Virus record (IMG/VR): IMGVR_UViG_3300032227_000993
From: a virus
Taxonomy: Duplodnaviria > Caudoviricetes
DNA length: 64,000 bases
Reading direction: 5' to 3' (one strand)
The notes beneath the pieces are model-generated. The model saw nothing but the letters and a program-made list of their open reading frames with translations. It ran no database searches and had not been told where the DNA came from. Shown piece by piece: positions 15,874 to 26,118 of this stretch (position 1 is its first letter; each line of letters begins with the position of its first letter). The position numbers and the translations under genes are program-made.

Positions 15874-16242
15874 TTATTGATAATTGTCAAGAAATTTTTC
15901 TAAATTGCCATACAAATTGAGCAACATGGCTTCTTTACTGCTAAAAAACACAATATCTACTGGAAAACTCTTTTTAGTTACAACATAATAGGGATTTTGT
16001 AATTTTCTATCCAAATCTAATATGGTCTGTTGGGTAAACAGCATTTCATCGGGTATTTTGTAGGGGTAAAATTTTAATTCTAAGTGTTCGGATAATACTT
16101 TGTATCCTAAGGCTGTCAAGCGCAAGCCGCCACCGGGCCTAATATTAAACCACCAACTGGTTCTGGCAACTTCTACTGTGGTTGTAAACTGAGCAGGAAG
16201 TTGAGCTACCAATTGCTCAGTAAGTTTAAGTTTATTACGCAC
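15874..16242 (-). CDS. phage hypothetical protein
   Basis: 122-aa ORF, WWFNIRPGGGLRLT...LDRKLQNPYY. Confidence 0.7.
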   Translation of the reverse strand: MRNKLKLTEQLVAQLPAQFTTTVEVARTSWWFNIRPGGGLRLTALGYKVLSEHLELKFYPYKIPDEMLFTQQTILDLDRKLQNPYYVVTKKSFPVDIVFFSSKEAMLLNLYGNLEKFLDNYQ

Positions 16243-16246
16243 AACA

Positions 16247-17479
16247 TTATTGGACGTCTAGCAACCAAGGCTCTGCTTCGGTGATAGCCGCAAAATATTC
16301 AGGCATGACTTCTTCAAACTTTTGGCTGCGAATCTTATCAAGAGCTTTAAGTTCGTACCAAAATTTAGGAAAATAAATGTTGCATCCAGCGATGTTGTTT
16401 TTTAACAAGGAGATAACGTTATCCAACTTTAATTTTGTCTGTGGAGCAGAGTTCTCAAATCTTTCAATCAAGGCATTTTTGACTGGTTGAGGCAAATGTC
16501 TAAAATCATATTGTTCAGGCGTGTACACAACATTAATTCCAAACCCAATAGAATGATTTGACAGACCTTCTACTATTGTATCTAAATACCAAATATTAAA
16601 AATACTAACAGTGATACAAATGTAAATAGAAACATTTTTATGTTCTTTGGCAAAGGCAATGTACTTGTCTAAGTTTTCAAATAGCTTGTCGGCCTTGACC
16701 CCGTAACGGACATAACTCAATTGCGCCGGGTCAACTGCGTCAATACTGATGCCAATTCTGGCTGATTTAAATTTAGGCAAACAATCAATGTAATCTTGAT
16801 TCCAAATAGTACAGTTGGTGTGTATCTGTACATCTGTGTTCTTGGCGCCACCTTCGTCGGCCACTTTAATCATACGGTCCCACATGGCAGGAGCAAGTAA
16901 GGGCTCGCCGCCGTAGATGTCAAGGAATACCAAACCTGGCAACCAACGCTCAAAGGTATCCCACACAGGTAAATTATCACGGCCAAAGCCATCGCGAATA
17001 GTTTCAAACTGACTTGTGTATTCTTTAAATGATCCTTCAAAGGTACCTTGTACTTGTTCTAACTTGTAAAAGTCTTGATACAAGCCAGTCGATGTGGCTG
17101 GTTGACAAGTGCGGCAACCCAAGTTGCACACGTTACTTGGTTTTAAAATCAACACATGAGGTTGATCCTCTGGCATATCCAGCGTGGCCAACTCGGCATT
17201 GAATTTTTGTCTGGTAGAAACTACTCCTGCCGCTTCATCATTCCAGCAGGCATGACAACTTGGAATCCGTTCACCAGCATCAAGTTTGGTGATAATTTCA
17301 TTGCGTGAAGGACTGTCCCACATATCTTGAAGTCCAGTATCGTACAAATACATTGCTTCGCCGTTGACAGTATTTCCGAACGATGCATTGTTTTTGTTAC
17401 ATACACAACAGTCGCCTTTATTTTGTACTGCCATTGATACGTGTGAGAGTTTGCAATAGGTTGCTGATTTTGTTGTCAT
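16247..17479 (-). CDS. radical SAM/SPASM-type protein
   Basis: CNLGCRTC, YGGEPL, N-terminal CCVC and C..CW. Confidence 0.85.
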   Translation of the reverse strand: MTTKSATYCKLSHVSMAVQNKGDCCVCNKNNASFGNTVNGEAMYLYDTGLQDMWDSPSRNEIITKLDAGERIPSCHACWNDEAAGVVSTRQKFNAELATLDMPEDQPHVLILKPSNVCNLGCRTCQPATSTGLYQDFYKLEQVQGTFEGSFKEYTSQFETIRDGFGRDNLPVWDTFERWLPGLVFLDIYGGEPLLAPAMWDRMIKVADEGGAKNTDVQIHTNCTIWNQDYIDCLPKFKSARIGISIDAVDPAQLSYVRYGVKADKLFENLDKYIAFAKEHKNVSIYICITVSIFNIWYLDTIVEGLSNHSIGFGINVVYTPEQYDFRHLPQPVKNALIERFENSAPQTKLKLDNVISLLKNNIAGCNIYFPKFWYELKALDKIRSQKFEEVMPEYFAAITEAEPWLLDVQ

Positions 17480-17763
17480 GGATAAATTTGTTCGCCTTGT
17501 TTTAATAACACTACTGTAAATTTATCTGTTTTAAATTGAGTGTTAAGTTTTTTTGCGAGGTTGATGGCATGGCCAGGATTGGAGAAAGAAACCTTTTTGT
17601 ATTTAGGACCAGGGTATTGAACTAACATATTTCCAGTCTTTAGGTTGATGGGTTTACTGTCGTAGAAAACTGCCCAGGTGCCAGCTGATGCTAACACTTG
17701 TTCAGTTTTGTATGTTACCTTGTTTATTAATTCGGCAAGTACTGTAGGCTTTGGTCTACTCAT
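17476..17763 (-). CDS. phage hypothetical protein
   Basis: MSRPKPTVL...GPKYKKVSFSNPGHAINLAKKLN; coupled to neighbours. Confidence 0.7.
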   Translation of the reverse strand: MSRPKPTVLAELINKVTYKTEQVLASAGTWAVFYDSKPINLKTGNMLVQYPGPKYKKVSFSNPGHAINLAKKLNTQFKTDKFTVVLLKQGEQIYP

Positions 17764-17805
17764 GATACTATTATTTATCTACAAAAGACCAATAATATGC
17801 GTATA

Positions 17806-18024
17806 TTATCCAGGCGTTTTAAAATCGCCACCGTTGATTTGTACCTGAATAACCTGTTCTTCCTTGTCAGCTATGGCCTGTTCTTGATAAGTTTTAAGCT
17901 CTAACAGTAGTTGCGTAAGGTCAGCGGCCATGCCTTTGGCATCAACCATAGGCATAACAAAGTCTTTGGCACCACGAGCTTCATGTCCACGTATGCGATC
18001 AATAAACTTTTGTAAGTGTAACAT
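17806..18024 (-). CDS. phage hypothetical protein
   Basis: 72-aa ORF in operon. Confidence 0.65.
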   Translation of the reverse strand: MLHLQKFIDRIRGHEARGAKDFVMPMVDAKGMAADLTQLLLELKTYQEQAIADKEEQVIQVQINGGDFKTPG

Positions 18025-18398
18025 TAGTGTTCACGCTTTAAAAAATTTTGTAACTGCGGCGGCTCCCAACCTTCTGGTTTGAGAATCTTACCATCTTCAC
18101 GACGTAGTACCTTGCCAGTGCGACGATCAATCTTGTTGAAGTTGGTGGCCATTACTTCGCGCCACGCACCTTCGCCATCAGCACCCATGGAGTTGATGGC
18201 TCCAATAGTAACAACAAGAATGTCTACCAAGGCATCTAAAGTTTCTACTGGATTTTTATTAGCAAGGGCTACCTGCAACTCATCGTATTCTTCTGTGATT
18301 AGTTTTGCGTACATTCTAAACTGATCATCGTTCATGCCTGAAATTGTTTGTTCACAGGCTGTCATAAATTTATCGCTGTCGCGAAACATATTTGTCAT
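18024..18398 (-). CDS. MazG-like NTP pyrophosphohydrolase (PRA-PH-like)
   Basis: LITEEYDEL...DALVDILVV...NFNK...GKVLRREDGKILKPEGW. Confidence 0.8.
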   Translation of the reverse strand: MTNMFRDSDKFMTACEQTISGMNDDQFRMYAKLITEEYDELQVALANKNPVETLDALVDILVVTIGAINSMGADGEGAWREVMATNFNKIDRRTGKVLRREDGKILKPEGWEPPQLQNFLKREH

Positions 18399-18847
18399 TT
18401 TGGTAGTGCTTCCTCTTTAGTGTAAAATGGTCCTTCATAAGGATATCGTTGTAGTACGATTAACTTTGGATCTTGCATTGCGGCCCACTTGCGCCCTTTC
18501 TTTACTGTGTACCAGCCTGCGGCGTGCCAGGATTTACTTTTATTTGATTTTGTGTAAACTGGTAGTTTTTGTGGCACATCCCACATGGGATTGTAAACAC
18601 GACCAGCAGCAGGATATCCGTGAACCGATTGTGTTGATGGTTTTGGTTTTGTTCTTTTAACAACAGCTTCAAACTGAATATTAATATTTCGCTCGACCAT
18701 CTTGATAGTTTTGTATTGAGCAACCACTTCATTATTAATTTTAACTTGGTATCCGCCAGTTACAGCTTCAATGTTACCAACTTTACGATCGTCTTGTTGT
18801 AACACCCAAAATTGTTTATCAATCACTGGTTTAGCTATTAGAGTCAT
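18395..18847 (-). CDS. phage hypothetical protein
   Basis: 150-aa ORF coupled by ATGA overlaps. Confidence 0.7.
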   Translation of the reverse strand: MTLIAKPVIDKQFWVLQQDDRKVGNIEAVTGGYQVKINNEVVAQYKTIKMVERNINIQFEAVVKRTKPKPSTQSVHGYPAAGRVYNPMWDVPQKLPVYTKSNKSKSWHAAGWYTVKKGRKWAAMQDPKLIVLQRYPYEGPFYTKEEALPK

Positions 18848-19032
18848 TTAGTGTTTTTCTTTCTGCATTCTTCTTGTACTGCCACTGGCACATCTGGGTG
18901 CCAACCGCCTATTAACATACGACAGTCATATTTTACTACTACTTGATTTTTATCTGCGGGCCAAAATGCCAATATTAGCGTGCCGATGATCAATACAAAA
19001 GTTACAATAGTCCAAAACATATCTTTAGCCAT
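18844..19032 (-). CDS. small membrane-anchored hypothetical protein
   Basis: N-terminal TM helix, two Cys. Confidence 0.6.
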   Translation of the reverse strand: MAKDMFWTIVTFVLIIGTLILAFWPADKNQVVVKYDCRMLIGGWHPDVPVAVQEECRKKNTK

Positions 19033-20026
19033 TTAATACTCCTTTGTATGTTTCATTCATCCAGCGACCAAATGTTTCGGCATTCTCGGAACACTTGTTT
19101 AATTCATATTTGCCGCAAAACTGCATAAAGCGTACACCTACTTGTCCTACATCTTTATGACTAATTTGTTCACGGATACAAGAGTCAACAACATCTTTAA
19201 CTGCCTGCGGTTGTGCTGTCAAGTCAATTAAGGTACGGTTACGTTCGTAATCATCTAACACTCTATGTTCTACACCGTCTGGATCAGTCCAGCGTTGTAG
19301 CATCATGTTGTTCCAGTTGTAGCCTTTTTTGTCTTTGTCCGCAAACGCTTCCTGGAGTCCAACCTTGTTCTTAGTGCCCTTAGTTCTGACACCGGGATAC
19401 GCTGAGAACACGTTATCCGAGCTATCTCCTCGCATACACTTTTCAAAGAGTAGCCATTCTGGGTTCGGCGTCGACTTAGGTTCCTTAGTTTTCTTATCGA
19501 TAACCGCTTTGCCTTTGGCATCAAAAATTCCTTCTATGGTGTGTAATTCATCTGTAATACCATTGTACTGCGTAACATTGGGGGCTAATAATTGAACGAA
19601 GTCAGTATCGCTACTAACAATAATATTTTCGTCCTGGGGATGTAAAGCAATCCAACGAGCTATGATATCATCACCTTCTGCTGTGGCGCAGCGGATAACA
19701 CTACAGTTCGTCTTCTCTGACAAGTATTTAGTCAAATTATCATATGTTTCCCAGAACATTTTATCTTCTTCTACTTCGTGTTCGGTCAACGCAGCACGGG
19801 CCACAGTACGGTTATTTTTGTAGGGCTTGTAGGCATCCTTACGCCAGCTTCGCCCTTCCAAGGTAAACACCACATGATCTGCTTCAAATCTACGGGCCAT
19901 TTTATTGGCCGCCATCAAGGTGATGTGCAAGGCCATGCCAATCTTTTCCCAAGTATCGGCTCCACGGTGAGCACCATGCCTGGCGCGGAAGAATAAATTC
20001 GCTGTGTCTACGAGTAAGTATTTCAT
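19025..20026 (-). CDS. 5'-3' exonuclease / T4 RNase H-like (FEN/PIN family)
   Basis: LLVDTANLFFR, EGDDIIA, SSDTDFVQL, GDSSDNV. Confidence 0.9.
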   Translation of the reverse strand: MKYLLVDTANLFFRARHGAHRGADTWEKIGMALHITLMAANKMARRFEADHVVFTLEGRSWRKDAYKPYKNNRTVARAALTEHEVEEDKMFWETYDNLTKYLSEKTNCSVIRCATAEGDDIIARWIALHPQDENIIVSSDTDFVQLLAPNVTQYNGITDELHTIEGIFDAKGKAVIDKKTKEPKSTPNPEWLLFEKCMRGDSSDNVFSAYPGVRTKGTKNKVGLQEAFADKDKKGYNWNNMMLQRWTDPDGVEHRVLDDYERNRTLIDLTAQPQAVKDVVDSCIREQISHKDVGQVGVRFMQFCGKYELNKCSENAETFGRWMNETYKGVLNG

Positions 20027-20032
20027 AAAACA

Positions 20033-20068
20033 AGTGTAACAGAATACAGTTTATTTGTCAACTATTTA
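20033..20068 (-). promoter_or_regulatory. tandem late (TAAATA) + sigma70 (TTGACA-17-TACACT) promoter, 6 nt from ATG
   Basis: TAAATA 20068-20063, TTGACA 20061-20056, TACACT 20038-20033, ATG 20026. Confidence 0.7.
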
Positions 20069-20770
20069 GATACGGTTGTTCTTAATAACATAATTTAACA
20101 TATACTTGTGCCAAAAGGAGTGACCGTCTTGACCAAAATGATATGATTTTGGTGTCACGGTATCAATTCCAGCCGCTTGGATTTTAGCCGAAAATGTTCC
20201 AGCAGGTTCATACGGATCAATGTAGCTGTCGCCCCAGTTGAATCTTTCTGCTGTAGGAATGGCTGAAAAATCATTATTACCGTTGAAGAAAATATGTGGA
20301 GCATCCATACCAATAAGCTCTTGATGGAATGCCCAGATATCCTTGTGTGCTTGTCTTGTTTTTTCTTGCCAGTCAAGACCAATTATGTAATTACGATATC
20401 TTTCCTGTGCTTCCTGCGGAACATGATCGATACCACTACCGTTGACTTGATACAAAATGCCATTGTACTGCCACTCTTCTCTTTCCCAAGTCGACCACTG
20501 TATAATAATTAATTTTTCTTTATTACGATTAATTTTGGTCCAGTCTCGGGTGGTACGAATAATTCTTGCGTTGCTTGATGCGCTTTCGGCATCACAATAA
20601 AATCCTGCTTTTAATGTATTTGCCAGGCAACGACCCCAACTGACTGCTAAATTTTCAGGATGTGGAATTCGTCCTAAATGATACAACCGCGGATCGTCTT
20701 GCGCAAAAGCATAAGAATTAACCGCTTCGGCTCCTGCGGTATGGCTATCGCCGTTTACATATAGAATCAA
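20066..20770 (-). CDS. hypothetical protein, SGNH-like
   Basis: LYVNGDSHTAG, SSNARIIR, late HF. Confidence 0.55.
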   Translation of the reverse strand: MILYVNGDSHTAGAEAVNSYAFAQDDPRLYHLGRIPHPENLAVSWGRCLANTLKAGFYCDAESASSNARIIRTTRDWTKINRNKEKLIIIQWSTWEREEWQYNGILYQVNGSGIDHVPQEAQERYRNYIIGLDWQEKTRQAHKDIWAFHQELIGMDAPHIFFNGNNDFSAIPTAERFNWGDSYIDPYEPAGTFSAKIQAAGIDTVTPKSYHFGQDGHSFWHKYMLNYVIKNNRI

Positions 20771-21138
20771 CTTACTTCGCTCCTGCCATCGCCAACATCA
20801 CGTGTTTTGACCACGCGAGTATTCATTGCTTCGTATTGTTCAGCAGTTTCTAATACAACGTTACGACACACCGCTGTAAACCAACGATCTACAATGTCGG
20901 CGTCTGTGTCGCGGGCATCCATTTGATAGCCGTGTCGAATAAGATCGGCGATCATTTTATCGTTCCAATCAAATTCAAAGGCACCGTTATTAATATCAGC
21001 AGGATCAATTTCCATGCTCAATACTTCAAAGTATGGCTCACCGCGTTCGGTGGCCAATTGTTTGGCAGATTTAGCTTGCTCGGTTGCTACCGCAGCAATC
21101 TTTTTCTTTTTAAAGATATTTTTAACAGCATCAAACAT
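20767..21138 (-). CDS. phage hypothetical protein
   Basis: Likely start MFDAVKN at 21138. Confidence 0.7.
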   Translation of the reverse strand: MFDAVKNIFKKKKIAAVATEQAKSAKQLATERGEPYFEVLSMEIDPADINNGAFEFDWNDKMIADLIRHGYQMDARDTDADIVDRWFTAVCRNVVLETAEQYEAMNTRVVKTRDVGDGRSEVS

Positions 21139-21140
21139 AA

Positions 21141-22241
21141 TTACTCCTTGAATAAGTTTACTTCTTCCCATGGCAATCCAGACTTGCCAAAATGCCCATA
21201 GTTAGTAGTGCCGCTGTAGATAGGCCGGAACAAGTCGAAGCGATTGATAATACCTTTGGGTGTTAAATCTACATTGGCCTCAATCCATTCGGTTAACGCA
21301 CGGCTATCGCCATCGGACTCTACATAAAAGCTCATGGGATCTGCTACACCAATGGCATAACTAATCTGTACAGTGGCCCATGTGGCTTTGCCTGCGGCCA
21401 CAATGTTCTTGGCAAGATAACGAGCCATGTAAGCAGCACTACGGTCTACCTTGGTAGGATCCTTGCCTGAGAACGCACCGCCACCGTGTGGACTGTAACC
21501 ACCGTAGGTGTCTACAATAATCTTACGTCCTGTTAGGCCTGTGTCGCCATCTGGTCCGCCAATAACAAAACGTCCTGTTGGGTTGATGTAAAACTCTGTG
21601 TTTTCGTCAACATACTCAGCCGGCAATACCTGGCGAATAATCATTTCCACAGTAGCGCGAACAAACTCAATACTGACATCTTCTGAATGTTGTGTAGAAC
21701 ATACTACTTTGGCAATACGCAAAGGTTTATTATTTTCATCGTATTCAAATGTAACTTGACTCTTGGCGTCTGGACCTAACCAATTGGTACTGCCACCTTT
21801 TCTAATTGTAGTAAGTGCTTCTACAATACGATGGCTGTAATAAATTGCCGACGGCATATAGTTTTCTGTTTCGTCACAGGCATAACCAAACATTAGTCCT
21901 TGGTCACCTGCTCCAAAGTTATCTGTACCTAATGCAATGTCTGCTGACTGCCCGTGTAGCAAATTAATAATCTTAACTGTACGCCAATCAAAGCCCGTTT
22001 GCTCGTAGCCAATATTTTTGATAACTTGACGAATAGTTGACTCTACTTTAGCAGGATCTAACTCTCCCTTGTACTCACCAGCAACCACAACTGTGTCTGT
22101 GGTTACCAATGTTTCGCAAGCACAACGAAGACTTGTATCTTGTTTGCTCATTACTAAATCTAAAACGGCATCGCTGATAGCGTCTGCTACTTTGTCTGGG
22201 TGTCCTTCTGATACTGATTCTGATGTGAATAGATAGCTCAA
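21141..22241 (-). CDS. metK: S-adenosylmethionine synthetase
   Basis: FTSESVSEGHPDK, GAGDQG, GLTGRKIIVDTYGG, GGAFSGKDPTKVDRSAAY. Confidence 0.97.
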   Translation of the reverse strand: MSYLFTSESVSEGHPDKVADAISDAVLDLVMSKQDTSLRCACETLVTTDTVVVAGEYKGELDPAKVESTIRQVIKNIGYEQTGFDWRTVKIINLLHGQSADIALGTDNFGAGDQGLMFGYACDETENYMPSAIYYSHRIVEALTTIRKGGSTNWLGPDAKSQVTFEYDENNKPLRIAKVVCSTQHSEDVSIEFVRATVEMIIRQVLPAEYVDENTEFYINPTGRFVIGGPDGDTGLTGRKIIVDTYGGYSPHGGGAFSGKDPTKVDRSAAYMARYLAKNIVAAGKATWATVQISYAIGVADPMSFYVESDGDSRALTEWIEANVDLTPKGIINRFDLFRPIYSGTTNYGHFGKSGLPWEEVNLFKE

Positions 22242-22242
22242 T

Positions 22243-22464
22243 TTAATTTCCTTTTAATTTCCATATGAGATGTTCGGTGGCGTCATGCCATTGATATTGA
22301 TACGCTGGTGTACCTGGCCCTGTCCACATAGCTGTTCCTTTGTAGGCATACTTCAACCAGATTACTTTATTACTTATCAAACATCTACGTGGCCACAATG
22401 AAAACTTGTATTCCCACCCTGCTTTGTAGTAAAAGCTACTGTTATCCATGCCTGGTATTGGCAT
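22243..22464 (-). CDS. small hypothetical protein
   Basis: TAATG overlap with queE stop gives start at 22464. Confidence 0.6.
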   Translation of the reverse strand: MPIPGMDNSSFYYKAGWEYKFSLWPRRCLISNKVIWLKYAYKGTAMWTGPGTPAYQYQWHDATEHLIWKLKGN

Positions 22465-23330
22465 TATTTGCCCCAGCCATTGCCCCATAAATCCACGTGT
22501 AATCGAGGACTGTAATTAAATCCACGTTCGCAACAAATGTTAGCGATGTTTAATTTGTTTTCTTCATAGGGTCGAACAACACCACCTTGTGGCATCAAGT
22601 AAACAACACCTTTGAATCCACCTGCTCTAAACGCATCAACTGCTCGAACAGCTTCGGCTACGTGTTCTACTGTTTCAACAACAAACTTGAGATACACATT
22701 ACCAAATGCTTGATATTCATTTACAACTTCTGGGCAGATGGCCTCTTCCCAAGATTCGCCTGACGCACTTAACTTAGCACTTACACTGAATGTGACTTCT
22801 CTTAAAAATCCAGGACCATCTAATGTCCAGTTACGCAAAAACGCTTTGAAGTCTTCACTTAACTTTTGTGTTCCATTGGTTTCAAAGGTAATGTTCTTTA
22901 AGTCTGCCATGCCTGGATGACTTAACAATTCTCCATAAGCACGTTGCCAACCTAACAAGGGTTCACCACCTGTAATAACCAAGTGTACGTCATTGCCATT
23001 GTTCTGTACCCATGCGTTATTAGGAGTTAGTGCCAACATTTGATCCACCAGGTCCGTTGTTTCCACAGTAGGACTCAAATGTTTAAATGCTGGGTGCCAT
23101 GACGCATAACTGTCACAGCCTGTTTCGACCAAAGGCAATGATAAGAATGTAGCATATTTGTCTACAACCTTGGCAACTTCATCAGCGCCTGTGCTCTTCT
23201 CACCTGGCTTGCAACCAAACCCACTACAGGTAAAGTTACAACCATAAGTGCGCAAAAATACACTGGGCACACCAACAAAGCGTCCTTCACCTTGCAAACT
23301 GTAAAACAGTTCACTTACTTTAATTTTCAT
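22464..23330 (-). CDS. queE: 7-carboxy-7-deazaguanine synthase (QueE-type radical SAM)
   Basis: ELFYSLQGEG, FLRTYGCNFTC...CDS, VITGGEP, ETNGT, SAKLS, SPRLHV. Confidence 0.9.
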   Translation of the reverse strand: MKIKVSELFYSLQGEGRFVGVPSVFLRTYGCNFTCSGFGCKPGEKSTGADEVAKVVDKYATFLSLPLVETGCDSYASWHPAFKHLSPTVETTDLVDQMLALTPNNAWVQNNGNDVHLVITGGEPLLGWQRAYGELLSHPGMADLKNITFETNGTQKLSEDFKAFLRNWTLDGPGFLREVTFSVSAKLSASGESWEEAICPEVVNEYQAFGNVYLKFVVETVEHVAEAVRAVDAFRAGGFKGVVYLMPQGGVVRPYEENKLNIANICCERGFNYSPRLHVDLWGNGWGK

Positions 23331-23821
23331 TTTTTCCACCACTCTTCAAAAGGAAAGTTAACCCAACGTGGGTCTTCAAGTTTGTTAATTTCTAATGCTG
23401 AATAATCTATGCGTTTAAATTCACTTGGTTCGTTGTTTATTAATACAGCAATGCGAACACTATTATTCCAGATAGTCGACCACGGCTCGCGTTTGCTTGG
23501 ATGAAAGTCTTCCCAATCTGCTTTGATCCAATTTAGAGTAGCACCGGAATCATTGATATCATCCACAATAAGAATGTTCTTACCGTTGTAGGCGTCTTCT
23601 GCCATCCAAAGATTATGCTCTTGTTCTCTACCATCACGTAGGCTTACTTTAAGACATTCCATAGGAACATCTAAATATTGGCTCATAAGAATAGCTGGCA
23701 GCAATCCTCCACGTGTAAGACCTACCACGTAATCGGGTCTCCAGCTATCTCGGTTCATCTGACGTAGAATTTCGTTGGTCAACGATTCTACATCTTGGTA
23801 AGTTAAGTTAGTATGGTCCAT
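23327..23821 (-). CDS. type I phosphoribosyltransferase (Gpt/XGPRT-like)
   Basis: VVGLTRGG, ILIVDDINDSGAT PRPP-binding motif; likely start MDHT at 23821. Confidence 0.88.
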   Translation of the reverse strand: MDHTNLTYQDVESLTNEILRQMNRDSWRPDYVVGLTRGGLLPAILMSQYLDVPMECLKVSLRDGREQEHNLWMAEDAYNGKNILIVDDINDSGATLNWIKADWEDFHPSKREPWSTIWNNSVRIAVLINNEPSEFKRIDYSALEINKLEDPRWVNFPFEEWWKK

Positions 23822-23827
23822 ACAAGT

Positions 23828-23856
23828 ATTATACACACTTGTATTTAGATTGTCAA
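23828..23856 (-). promoter_or_regulatory. sigma70 promoter TTGACA-17-TATAAT with TAAATA inside the spacer; leaderless geometry
   Basis: TTGACA 23856-23851, TATAAT 23833-23828, ATG 6 nt later. Confidence 0.8.
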
Positions 23857-23860
23857 GCGA

Positions 23861-24751
23861 TTATGATAAAATATTTCTGATACCTTGCTCAAAACTCATA
23901 GGCTCATAATCAGGCATGACAGACCGCAATTTGCTAATATCTGGTCGACGATTAGCTACCGATCCAGGCATACTCGGTAACTGTTCAAAAACAGCATCAG
24001 GATGACCTAATTCTGCGGCAATGACCTTGACCGCATCACCAATTGAAATTTCACGATCGTTACCAACATTGATTAATTCACGGTTGGTATTTTCAGCAAC
24101 ATAGATACTGGCACGGATAGCATCACTTACATGGCAGAAACTGCGTGTTTCTTGTGAGCCAATTACAGAGAAGATCCCATTACGAATCTTGTCAATTTGG
24201 TCGCCTAAGAAGTGGCCCTTCTTTGAATTCTCACCATACACGTTAAAGTAACGAATCATAACATAAGGCAAGTCTGAATTAGCCAGGTAGTTTTCACTGG
24301 TAATTTTGGCCAAACGATATGACCAACGAGCATTGTGAATATCTTTAATAAACACATCTGCGTTTTCTGGCACAGGTGTTGTAGGATCATCTGCTACAAT
24401 TTCACTGCTTGACGCATACACAATACGCTTTAAGTTTGTTTGTTTGCGAGCAAAGTTAAAAATGTTTAGGTCGCATACAAAGTTATTTTCCAGTACCTTG
24501 TTAGGCATTTTGTAAAAGTTTGTTGTGCCATTGATAGCGCCATAGTGATAAATGTAATCAAAATCAGTGGGCAGTTGATTAATGTCATCTACATTATTCA
24601 AGTCTATACGGAACCATTCATCGCAAGGAGGAATAGTAGTGCTACGACTGTGATTGTCTACTGCGTAAACTGTATGTCCAGCTTCTTTGAGCTGGCGACA
24701 AAACTCTGTGCCTAATAGGCCACTGGCACCTGTGATTAAAATTTTACTCAT
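23861..24751 (-). CDS. NAD-dependent NDP-sugar epimerase/dehydratase/decarboxylase
   Basis: GASGLLG, YASSSE, YRLAK (YxxxK), RYFNVYG. Confidence 0.9.
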   Translation of the reverse strand: MSKILITGASGLLGTEFCRQLKEAGHTVYAVDNHSRSTTIPPCDEWFRIDLNNVDDINQLPTDFDYIYHYGAINGTTNFYKMPNKVLENNFVCDLNIFNFARKQTNLKRIVYASSSEIVADDPTTPVPENADVFIKDIHNARWSYRLAKITSENYLANSDLPYVMIRYFNVYGENSKKGHFLGDQIDKIRNGIFSVIGSQETRSFCHVSDAIRASIYVAENTNRELINVGNDREISIGDAVKVIAAELGHPDAVFEQLPSMPGSVANRRPDISKLRSVMPDYEPMSFEQGIRNILS

Positions 24752-25521
24752 TTATTTAAACCTTTATTATCTTCTTGTACAGCATCAATCATTGTGTAAC
24801 TTAATCCTAATTTTTTAACCAAGTTAGCCCAGGCACTTGTGTCCTTAGGCAAACAATGTCCGCCAAAGCCACGCAAGTTTTCATTGCACATCAAGTATGC
24901 TGGATTAAAGCAATCACGTTTGATAATGGCATTGTAAACATTGTTGTAATCTACACCAAGAGCTTTGCATACATCATAGGCAATGTTGGAGAAGATAATT
25001 TGCACAGAGTGATTTACATTGTTAAAGTATTTTACAACTTCAGCTTCGGCAGGTTTAACACAAGCTACGTTCTGTGGCAAGTTACCGTGGATCTCTTTGA
25101 TGATGGCAAAATCTTCTTCACGGTCACTGCCAATAATGAGCAGGTCATGATTGTACATGAAATCAGCTAATGCTGTTTTAGCACGAAGGAATTCTGGAAC
25201 AGAACAAATACGCAATGTAGGATGTTCAGCACTAAGTCTGTCACTGGTACCCGGCACTACTGTACTCTTAACAGCTACTAAACCTTTGTAACCTGCCGCG
25301 TCCAATTCGCCAACAACCTTTTCAACAATACTTGTATCACAATCACCATTTGGTGCCTGGTTGGTTGGAACACAAAGGAATACACAATCGGTATCCAAAA
25401 CATCTTTTAATGTTGAACCTTCATATGCTGGATCAAAGAAACTCATTTGGTGTCCCAAATGATTTAGTCCTTCGTAAACTGCCTTACCTACTGTGCCTTT
25501 GCCTATTAAACCAATTTTCAT
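24748..25521 (-). CDS. UDP-glucose/GDP-mannose dehydrogenase family (no C-terminal domain)
   Basis: GKGTVG, KSTVVPG, PEFLR, GFGGHCLPKD catalytic motif. Confidence 0.85.
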   Translation of the reverse strand: MKIGLIGKGTVGKAVYEGLNHLGHQMSFFDPAYEGSTLKDVLDTDCVFLCVPTNQAPNGDCDTSIVEKVVGELDAAGYKGLVAVKSTVVPGTSDRLSAEHPTLRICSVPEFLRAKTALADFMYNHDLLIIGSDREEDFAIIKEIHGNLPQNVACVKPAEAEVVKYFNNVNHSVQIIFSNIAYDVCKALGVDYNNVYNAIIKRDCFNPAYLMCNENLRGFGGHCLPKDTSAWANLVKKLGLSYTMIDAVQEDNKGLNK

Positions 25522-26118
25522 TTAATTCTCCTCTGGGTACTTCATATCAACCAGTTGATTAGTCTGGGTTGATGCCATGCTTACGATTTCTAATGCCACA
25601 TCACTTGGCTCTAAACAAAAAGCCGCTGTTGACATATCTATCATTGGTGTGCGTGTTCTTACTGGGTTAATTAACCCTACAGTAACAGTACTGCCGTCAA
25701 AGTAGTCGCAGGCACCTTGCCATACATTATGTAGCGCACTTTTACTGGCCGCGTATAAAATGTAGGCCTTGCGCCCAGACTTGTAAGCACTTGATCCAAC
25801 CATGATTATTTTTACAGGTTTTTTGCTGGGATTATCAATGTAATGTTTAATAATAGACCAGTTTGATCCTACATTGATATCAAATGTTTTATTGTGTGTC
25901 TCGGTGTTTGTATTGTCAAAGTGTCCTACTGAATTTACAACAACATCTGGCAGATGACTGCTCAACAGATTATCAACAGATTCATAACTGTTACTGTCTG
26001 TAAAGTCAACAAGTCCGCTGTGGACAGGAACAACAACATAACCAGATCGCAAGAACTGTTCTGCGACCGCTTGCCCAATGCCTCCGTGGGCTCCAAAGAC
26101 AACTGCTTTTTTACTCAT
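25522..26118 (-). CDS. short-chain dehydrogenase/reductase
   Basis: GAHGGIG, YAASK. Confidence 0.85.
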   Translation of the reverse strand: MSKKAVVFGAHGGIGQAVAEQFLRSGYVVVPVHSGLVDFTDSNSYESVDNLLSSHLPDVVVNSVGHFDNTNTETHNKTFDINVGSNWSIIKHYIDNPSKKPVKIIMVGSSAYKSGRKAYILYAASKSALHNVWQGACDYFDGSTVTVGLINPVRTRTPMIDMSTAAFCLEPSDVALEIVSMASTQTNQLVDMKYPEEN

